Source of the DNA: Chloroflexota bacterium
GTDB taxonomy: Bacteria; Chloroflexota; Dehalococcoidia; Lucifugimonadales; GCA-2722455
DNA: 64,000 nucleotides
Assembly (NCBI GenBank): GCA_002722455.1
Contig: PBMB01000001.1
Coordinates: forward strand, 43,138-107,137
Direction of reading: 5' to 3'
This document shows, in pieces, positions 57,532 to 64,000 of the stretch. Position 1 is the stretch's first letter. Every line of letters begins with the position of its first letter. The notes under the pieces were generated by a model. The model was not told the origin of the DNA. It did not search any database and saw nothing but the letters and a program-made list of their open reading frames with translations. The translations under genes and the position numbers were made by a program.

Positions 57532-58248
57532 TTATTTTATCCTTTTATATCTATTTTTAATTAAGTTCTTTTTTATGAAGTATTTTTGGTTATTAAAAGA
57601 ATCTAGTTCTTTTTTTATTGCGGTCTGTGTATCGAGACCTCTTATAATCCAACGATAAATGCTTCTTTTCATTTTAGATTGATAATTTTTTGTAAAACCT
57701 TTATCTTTTAACCCTGCTTCAACCTCTTTTTGATCTTCTTTTGATAATATTTTTAATAAGTCTTCTTCATTTAATTTTGATAAATCATCTGTCCAACATT
57801 TTAGTTTATTCAAATCTTTTAATTTCCCTTTATTCGCTTTTTTTACATTTAATGGTAAAAATGTTTTTTCTATGTGTTCAGGAGTTTTTTTGTAATTCAA
57901 ATTTAAATAATCAAAGTTTTCATTTTTTATATCTTTAATAACTTCTTCATTGAACATAAAATAATAACAAAATTCTTGAAAGTGTTTTTCACTAAACTTA
58001 TCAAGAGTTAATAAAAATGAATAATGTTCATCTTTTATTTTTTTGTCTTTATTTTCAATTGTAATATTAAATAGATAACCATTGTCTTTTGTTTCTTTAT
58101 AGTTTGGTCTTCTTAATATCCTAAACTTATAAAATGCATTTTTTGTTTGATTTAAAAAATTTCTTGTTGGTGTTGAGTATATTAGTTTTCTTTCTCTGAA
58201 AGAACAATATTCTATCTTCATAAACATCCTTAAATATTTTTTTTGCAT
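57532..58248 (-). CDS. Hypothetical basic protein (238 aa), first gene of the three-gene operon
   Basis: ORF. No motif. Confidence 0.4.
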   Translation of the reverse strand: MQKKYLRMFMKIEYCSFRERKLIYSTPTRNFLNQTKNAFYKFRILRRPNYKETKDNGYLFNITIENKDKKIKDEHYSFLLTLDKFSEKHFQEFCYYFMFNEEVIKDIKNENFDYLNLNYKKTPEHIEKTFLPLNVKKANKGKLKDLNKLKCWTDDLSKLNEEDLLKILSKEDQKEVEAGLKDKGFTKNYQSKMKRSIYRWIIRGLDTQTAIKKELDSFNNQKYFIKKNLIKNRYKRIK

Positions 58249-58337
58249 AATAACAAAGAGAGTTATTGAAGTAAAGATTTTTCTTTATTTTAAGTTTTTA
58301 TTTTGATATAATGTGCTTCTTATTACGGAGAAAATAG

Positions 58338-59384
58338 ATGAAATTAAATATAAAAACAAGTGTTTTACTTTGTTCTGCATTAACTCTTTTTGGTTGTAAA
58401 GATAGAAGCGAGGTTGTAAATTATGGTCAGAATCTTGTCGATTTTTCTGACGGTTATGTTCAGAACATGCCAACAACCATTTCCAATTCAGAAAAACGAA
58501 GTCAAGGTGATTTAGATTGTGATGGCATAGAAGATATGTTTGAAATCAATGATACTAAATTTTGGGGACAAGAATATAAAATTAATTTTTATAAGGGGTA
58601 TATGGATGGTAATAAAAGAATGTTTGAAGCACCAAAAGTTATTGATTTAGGGTTAAAGCTTAATAACTGGTCAAGTCAAGTTAAAATGGATTCAGCATAT
58701 CTTGATTATGACCAATGTATAGACATTGTTTTTGTTGACGTTTCAAAAAAGAATATAAGAATGGAAGTTGCCATGAACCAAGGTAATTTGAAATTTACGA
58801 AAGATACAATGAAAATGAAGGTTAATCCAAGAGTTGAATTTTTAGGTTATTTTAGAGATTTGATTGAAGAAATTTCTTTAAGTGAAGATGAATCTTTATC
58901 TGACTATTTGAAAATGGATTGGGCTGACTGGGACGGGAATGGAACTGACGATTTTCTTTTATTTATGAAAGATGGACGTTCTTTACATATTGGTATTTTC
59001 TATACTGAAAGTTCTTCTGGCTTAGTTCCTGAATTTGCAAGTTTTGAAGAAGAATGGGTTCAGGATTTCTTATATAATACACCTATTAGAACTCTAGATA
59101 CAGGTGATCTTAATGGCGATGGTAAGTCTGATGTTACTGCTCTTTATAATGAAAGCAACTCAAAAGGTGTTCATACTGCAAAATATGTCATTGCCGTTCA
59201 AGACAAAGAAGGTAATATTGTTATACAGCCTGATAAAACATTACAAGCCAAAGTTGATTTAGATTTCTTTAAATCCGTTTCCAAAAGAGATTTGACTGAC
59301 GAAAATCATGACGGCAAAGATGACATTATCTACATTACAGAGGAAAACAATATACCTATTCGAGTAATTTGGTACTCTGAATAA
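58338..59384 (+). CDS. Lipoprotein with FG-GAP/VCBS-like Ca-binding repeats
   Basis: Lipobox LTLFGC. Repeated DxDxDG motifs (DLDCDGIEDMF, DWDGNGTDDF, DLNGDGKSDV, ENHDGKDDII), each followed by a hydrophobic strand. Confidence 0.45.
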   Translation: MKLNIKTSVLLCSALTLFGCKDRSEVVNYGQNLVDFSDGYVQNMPTTISNSEKRSQGDLDCDGIEDMFEINDTKFWGQEYKINFYKGYMDGNKRMFEAPKVIDLGLKLNNWSSQVKMDSAYLDYDQCIDIVFVDVSKKNIRMEVAMNQGNLKFTKDTMKMKVNPRVEFLGYFRDLIEEISLSEDESLSDYLKMDWADWDGNGTDDFLLFMKDGRSLHIGIFYTESSSGLVPEFASFEEEWVQDFLYNTPIRTLDTGDLNGDGKSDVTALYNESNSKGVHTAKYVIAVQDKEGNIVIQPDKTLQAKVDLDFFKSVSKRDLTDENHDGKDDIIYITEENNIPIRVIWYSE

Positions 59385-59454
59385 TTTTAAAAAAAGAAGT
59401 CTCTCGGCTTCTTTTTTTCTTGTTGTTATATTTTGTATTCATGTATTTTAAAAA

Positions 59455-59485
59455 ATAAAAAAAGACTCCGCTTGAGTCTTTTTTT
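59455..59485. terminator. Bidirectional terminator
   Basis: aaaaaaagactc-cgctt-gagtcttttttt. Confidence 0.65.
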
Positions 59486-59487
59486 AA

Positions 59488-60531
59488 TTAAATATGACAA
59501 TCTATATTTACTAATATTGAATCTTCTGGAATAGAATCAAATATTTTACGCCACTCTACAGCCCAATCAGACTTTTCATCTTTTGTAAGTCCGAAATAAA
59601 GCATTTCACCTTTTTCTACCCAACCTTTTTCACTCAAAACGGCAAATGTACCAAGAGCGTGATATTCAGTTTCTGCTAAAAATGCTTTATAATCTCCTGC
59701 TTTAAAGACATCTTTTATATCCTCAAAAAATAGCCCCATTTCTTTTGAGCTTTTTTTTATTTCATCTATCAATGGTTGCTCATGATATTTTTCACGGATA
59801 ACATCCATAATTAGATTTCTTTCTTTGTATTTCATTTCTTTTAGTTCTTTTTCTGATAGATTTATTTCTTTTAAATGTGCAAGCTTTATTTCATTAAATG
59901 AAAATATTTCTCCTTTACTAGATAAATCTTCCCATATTCTCCAGTCTTCTCTAGCTTTATTACCTGCTTCTTTTAATATTTCTTTCACATTAATGTTTTT
60001 CTTTTTTATTGTGTCTGATTTTAAACCTGTTTCTTTATTTAACCATTTTCCAGACCAACGACCACCTATTTTCCAATAATCCCATTTTGCATTTTCATTA
60101 TTATAATAACCAAAGTCATGCTCTCCTGTTTTTTCATTTGTTATTATTTCATAACCATACCAAGAAGTTACAAAATCAAAAACATCTTTGTAATAATCAG
60201 TTGGTTTAATATTTATTTCTTCATATTCTTCTGGTAAGACAAATTTTCTATCAAATCCAGAACCTTGTTTGCAACTTATAATAAAATCGTTTTGACCGTC
60301 ATAGCGCATTGCTATTACTGTTTTTGATTCATCTCCTTTTTTTACAATTACAGGAACCATTTCTTTTTCATAGTCCTCTAAAACTTCTTCTCTTTTAGAT
60401 TTGAAAGTTACGTAAGGAGAATCTTTATCTGAAAGTTCTTGGTAAGGAGCAAGCATTTGAGTTATTTTCTCATTTATTTCATATTCTTGTGTGTTTTTAT
60501 CTAGGACTAATAATACGGTATAGTGTGACAT
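59488..60531 (-). CDS. Hypothetical protein (347 aa)
   Basis: ORF. No motif. Confidence 0.4.
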   Translation of the reverse strand: MSHYTVLLVLDKNTQEYEINEKITQMLAPYQELSDKDSPYVTFKSKREEVLEDYEKEMVPVIVKKGDESKTVIAMRYDGQNDFIISCKQGSGFDRKFVLPEEYEEINIKPTDYYKDVFDFVTSWYGYEIITNEKTGEHDFGYYNNENAKWDYWKIGGRWSGKWLNKETGLKSDTIKKKNINVKEILKEAGNKAREDWRIWEDLSSKGEIFSFNEIKLAHLKEINLSEKELKEMKYKERNLIMDVIREKYHEQPLIDEIKKSSKEMGLFFEDIKDVFKAGDYKAFLAETEYHALGTFAVLSEKGWVEKGEMLYFGLTKDEKSDWAVEWRKIFDSIPEDSILVNIDCHI

Positions 60532-60609
60532 TTTTGTTTATCTCCTGCCTTAATCAATTGCCTATTATAACATATTAATGAATTGGAATCTATCTTTTTT
60601 AGAATTAAA

Positions 60610-60636
60610 AAAAGAGCTTTACAAGCTCTTTTTATA
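60610..60636. terminator. Bidirectional terminator
   Basis: aaaaaaagagcttt-acaa-gctctttttat. Confidence 0.65.
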
Positions 60637-60781
60637 CAGGACGAACAATATATTATAAGACTTTTCATCTTAATTGATGTGTTTCAATTACAATAACGTA
60701 TTTAAATTAAAAATAAATATGTATTTGTTTAATCGTAAATTAAGTTTTACTTAAATTGAAATATAAAAAAATAGTTTTTTA

Positions 60782-61843
60782 TTATTTTATCCATATTACT
60801 AATTTTGTAAAACCTATCTTTTCATCATTGTAAAGCTGGTTTAAAGCAAATCTTGCAGAAATATTTTCTGTTGTTTCTGGCACTTTACCTGATAAAATTG
60901 TTAGTTTTCTTTGATTATTTGCCGCTATTTCTGTTGCTGTATAATCACCTGAATTTGCTAACCATTCTAATCCCGCTCTTGTTAAACCCGTTGTTGTTCT
61001 TGTTAAACTATGAATGTGTTTTCTGTTTCCTTGAATTCCATATGTTATGCTTATTCCATCTAAATATTGTCCGTTTACTGTTGTTGAGTCTCTGCTTGAG
61101 GTCGCTACGTTATAAGAATCAGGTGTTATCGCTTGCAGAGAATCTATATCTATCATTGATTCAGTCCAAGCAAAATTATTTGTTGGAGCAATAATTTCTT
61201 CCCAGATAAAGGAAGAAGCATCAGCACTTGTAACATCTTTTCTATACCAACCATCTTTTAATGTAAAACTTGCACCTGTATAAGTTGTTAATGTTCTATT
61301 TACTGTCTTTACAAACCCATTTGGAGTATTGTCTGGATTTTCAACGAAATTATAATTTGTTATTCGCATCCAACCACCACCATTTCTTGTCATATCACAA
61401 TAAACATCAGATCCACCATTAAAATTAATTCTATAATTTCCATCTCCATAAGAAAAACCGTTTGACAATACTTCTTCACAAGTATTTTCTATGTGTGTTC
61501 CTGTTAGTTTTATTGTATTTGATTTTACGTCTATTTTTGTTTCTTTCGTTTTATTTATTATTTCTTCTCTACCGTCACCATAAACCACTTTTGTCGTCGT
61601 TATTCTTTCTTGTGGTTCAGAACAAGTTTCTGTTTGATCAAATTCAATTCCATAATAATAATCTTCTGCTAAATTATCTTTGGAACACGATTTTTCTCCT
61701 GTTGCCAACCATTCACCAACTATAACTACTTTTTCACCGTAATTATAATTATTTGCTTGACTCGATATTATTACTTTAAAATTAGCAAAAGTATTAGTTG
61801 TTAATAATGTTGACATAGCTATTGTTAATATTTTTGTTTTCAT
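60782..61843 (-). CDS. Secreted FReD-like protein, tandem paralog 1
   Basis: Signal peptide. TGTHIENTCEEVLSNGFSYGDGNYRINFNGGSDVYCDMTRNGGGWMRITNYN. Confidence 0.5.
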   Translation of the reverse strand: MKTKILTIAMSTLLTTNTFANFKVIISSQANNYNYGEKVVIVGEWLATGEKSCSKDNLAEDYYYGIEFDQTETCSEPQERITTTKVVYGDGREEIINKTKETKIDVKSNTIKLTGTHIENTCEEVLSNGFSYGDGNYRINFNGGSDVYCDMTRNGGGWMRITNYNFVENPDNTPNGFVKTVNRTLTTYTGASFTLKDGWYRKDVTSADASSFIWEEIIAPTNNFAWTESMIDIDSLQAITPDSYNVATSSRDSTTVNGQYLDGISITYGIQGNRKHIHSLTRTTTGLTRAGLEWLANSGDYTATEIAANNQRKLTILSGKVPETTENISARFALNQLYNDEKIGFTKLVIWIK

Positions 61844-61859
61844 TTTGTTTTTGTCCTTT

Positions 61860-62960
61860 TTATTTTACCCATAATATATATTTTCTAAAGCCTACTGTTT
61901 CGTCATTCACATATTGATCAGCCATTGATCTAAATCTTATTTTTTCTAAACCTTGTGGTTTTACTTTTGTTATTATTTCTTTTTCAAATTTAAGATTATA
62001 TGTATACCCTGAAACATTTGTAGACATAAATGTATATTTCATTTCTTCTCTATTTAACCAAGATAATTGATTATCTAATATATGGGAATCATTGTCATAA
62101 CCTACTGGCAATGAAAATAAATGATTTAAACTTCCTAGTTCACCATATGTAAAATTATAACCGTCTAAATATTCAGATTCTAAATGAACATTGTCTGTTA
62201 ATTCCGAAGTATCAACTGGTTTAAATCCGTCAAGAGAACGGAATACAATTCCTTCAAAATCAATAAAAGCTTGTTTCCAAGGTGTTATTGGTTGGGCTTC
62301 AATTTCTTTCCAACGACCAATAGTTCCTCTTGCTATGTCTGTCCAATCGTCTACCCAAAAGCCGTCTATTACGGCATAATTTTTATCTGTTGTATCTTTT
62401 ATTATCTTGTTTGTTGTTGATTGATAACCAGTAGGAGTGTTATTCTTGTCAGAATACCAATCATAAGAAATCACTTTTGTCCAACCACCACCGTGACGAA
62501 CCATATCACACTCTACCACTGGGTTCCCATATAACGATAGTGTATACTTACCAGAAGGTAATGTGCTTTCAAAATCTTGAATTTCTTTACATGAGTTTTC
62601 TAAATGTGTTCCATTTTTGGAAAATTGATTTATTGTTGTTTCTATTTTTGTTTTTTTGTCAACGTCAACAATTATTTCAGAACCATCTGATATTACTTTT
62701 TTTGTTGTTATTGTTTTTTCTTGACTTTGATTACAAGTTTCTGTTTGAGTAAAATTAATATCATAATAAACCTCGCTTTGTTCTTTATCAAAAGAACAAG
62801 TTTCAGAACCTACATTTGTCCATTCACTTTCTGTTACAGTCAATTTTCCTGAAGTGTAAGCGTTCTCCTCTTGACCTATAATAATTTTAAAATCAGTTGA
62901 ATAAGCCAATGAAGTCGTTGATGACATTAATAATACTAATATTATTTTATTTTTTTTCAT
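61860..62960 (-). CDS. Secreted FReD-like protein, tandem paralog 2
   Basis: Signal peptide. NGTHLENSCKEIQDFESTLPSGKYTLSLYGNPVVECDMVRHGGGWTKVISYD. 16-nt gap to paralog 1. Confidence 0.5.
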   Translation of the reverse strand: MKKNKIILVLLMSSTTSLAYSTDFKIIIGQEENAYTSGKLTVTESEWTNVGSETCSFDKEQSEVYYDINFTQTETCNQSQEKTITTKKVISDGSEIIVDVDKKTKIETTINQFSKNGTHLENSCKEIQDFESTLPSGKYTLSLYGNPVVECDMVRHGGGWTKVISYDWYSDKNNTPTGYQSTTNKIIKDTTDKNYAVIDGFWVDDWTDIARGTIGRWKEIEAQPITPWKQAFIDFEGIVFRSLDGFKPVDTSELTDNVHLESEYLDGYNFTYGELGSLNHLFSLPVGYDNDSHILDNQLSWLNREEMKYTFMSTNVSGYTYNLKFEKEIITKVKPQGLEKIRFRSMADQYVNDETVGFRKYILWVK

Positions 62961-63020
62961 AAAAATCCTTTTTATATTATCTAATTAATATCTTATATCT
63001 TTTTTTTAAAGTATCAATAA

Positions 63021-63048
63021 AAAAAGAAAGCAATCAATTGCTTTCCTT
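63021..63048. terminator. Bidirectional terminator
   Basis: aaaaaaagaaagcaat-caa-ttgctttcctttt. Confidence 0.6.
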
Positions 63049-63081
63049 TTATTTGTGATATTTTTATCTTTATTAAGTTTT

Positions 63082-63573
63082 TTATTTTATCATTTTTTTT
63101 GCATTCATTTTATCACATTTAGATTCAAAAATATTTAAATTTTTACTTGAACCTTTTAGATTAAATGTAAAATGATAATTTTGATTGTTTTTTGTCTTTA
63201 ATTCTAAATTAACTTCATGAAGAAGCTTAAAATAGCTCATTATACTTTCTTCTGTTTCACCAATTAAAACGTCAAGTCTTCCGTCTTCTGACACTTTAAA
63301 ATTACCTTCTATTACTTTTTTTATCTTATCTTTTGAAGATGGATAAAATTTCAATGTTCCTTCTGTTTCATCGGTCATTACACCTGATAGTGTTAATACT
63401 TTTGTATCAAGGCCACTTAAACATGCGAAATCAATTTTAACTTCACCAGAGGTATCCATTGTTGATATTGAATGGTATGTTGAGTTTGATTTTGGGAAAT
63501 CAATGTGACTCCAACTCCCTGCAAATGCAGACGTTGATAATAGTGCTGTTATTAATATTGCTTTTTTTAACAT
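63082..63573 (-). CDS. Secreted hypothetical protein (163 aa)
   Basis: Signal peptide MLKKAILITALLSTSAFA. Confidence 0.4.
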   Translation of the reverse strand: MLKKAILITALLSTSAFAGSWSHIDFPKSNSTYHSISTMDTSGEVKIDFACLSGLDTKVLTLSGVMTDETEGTLKFYPSSKDKIKKVIEGNFKVSEDGRLDVLIGETEESIMSYFKLLHEVNLELKTKNNQNYHFTFNLKGSSKNLNIFESKCDKMNAKKMIK

Positions 63574-63845
63574 TTTTAATATCCTTGTTTTAATTTATTT
63601 AATCTAATTTTATAACAAATATTTTTTTTGACAAGAGTCTTTTTTCTTTTTACTATAAAAAACGAAATTCAATTAATGAAATATTTATTTAAAAAAAATA
63701 TAATAAAAAAAATCTTTTTCTTATAAAGGAATATCTTGTTGTGTTTTTTTTGTGGTTTGTGTCACATTCTTTACAATCGTTTTTTATGTAGTATCATCAG
63801 CTTCAAGAAATAATTAATTTCAATTGTTATAGGAGAATGTATATT

Positions 63846-64000
63846 ATGATAAAGACAATAAAAAGAAAAATATTTTCAATGGTTGCTATAACCTACGCTT
63901 TCACTTCAGTTCAAGCTATGGCAGAAGTTGAAGAACAATATTTTGAAGAACAAAATGATTTTATGAATGGCGGTGAAAATATTAAATTAGCACTTGATCA
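63846..64000 (+). CDS. Secreted hypothetical protein, N-terminal fragment (runs off the window)
   Basis: GGAG RBS. Signal peptide MIKTIKRKIFSMVAITYAFTSVQA. Confidence 0.35.
   Translation, partial: MIKTIKRKIFSMVAITYAFTSVQAMAEVEEQYFEEQNDFMNGGENIKLALD

Noticed and set aside
42474-63000. Short ORFs 42474-42659, 43005-43322, 44981-45205, 45246-45437, 45736-45978, 46371-46859, 49357-49563, 49668-49907, 52921-53139, 53993-54199, 56103-56291, 57741-57938, 58285-58476, 59825-60209, 60853-61194, 61462-61725, 62191-62752
   Set aside because: Each overlaps a longer, RBS-preceded gene on the same or opposite strand.
1-64000. CRISPR array, transposase, integrase or IS element search
   Set aside because: No regularly spaced direct repeats with unique spacers were found, and no ORF shows DDE, tyrosine or serine recombinase motifs. 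The only tandem repeats are the 11-mer at 28543-28590 and coding microsatellites.

Overview
AT-rich (roughly 27-30% GC) segment that looks like a low-GC gammaproteobacterial chromosome, possibly an intracellular or symbiotic lineage judging by the eukaryote-like secreted proteins. Recognisable housekeeping genes: prfB (3' part), sbcB, cmoA, rnb, ftsH, endA, a 5'-3' exonuclease, a clpB-family AAA+ gene, ssb, nadE, a yfaE-like ferredoxin, a yqiJ/yqiK-like NfeD-flotillin pair, a NUDIX gene and a GT2 glycosyltransferase. These are interleaved with many lineage-specific hypothetical genes, most of them secreted or low-complexity. There are three tandem tRNA arrays with internal duplications and degenerate copies, one on the plus strand and two on the minus strand. 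No CRISPR array, transposase or integrase was seen. Five loci look most worth a second look. (1) An NfeD-flotillin pair followed directly by a 1727-aa coiled-coil protein carrying a dynein/MoxR-type AAA_5 ATPase module. (2) A five-gene SF2-helicase operon of otherwise unknown proteins. (3) A family of three secreted paralogs carrying fibrinogen-related-domain signatures (VYCDMxxxGGGW), two of them in tandem, inside a roughly 12.5-kb accessory block at the right end of the window. (4) An array of about ten tRNA genes that all carry a UUC anticodon and fall into three sequence families. (5) A ClpB paralog whose NBD1 Walker-B glutamate is naturally replaced by Asn. Gene coordinates follow the supplied ORF track. 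Assignments come from reading motifs by eye, and no database search was run.
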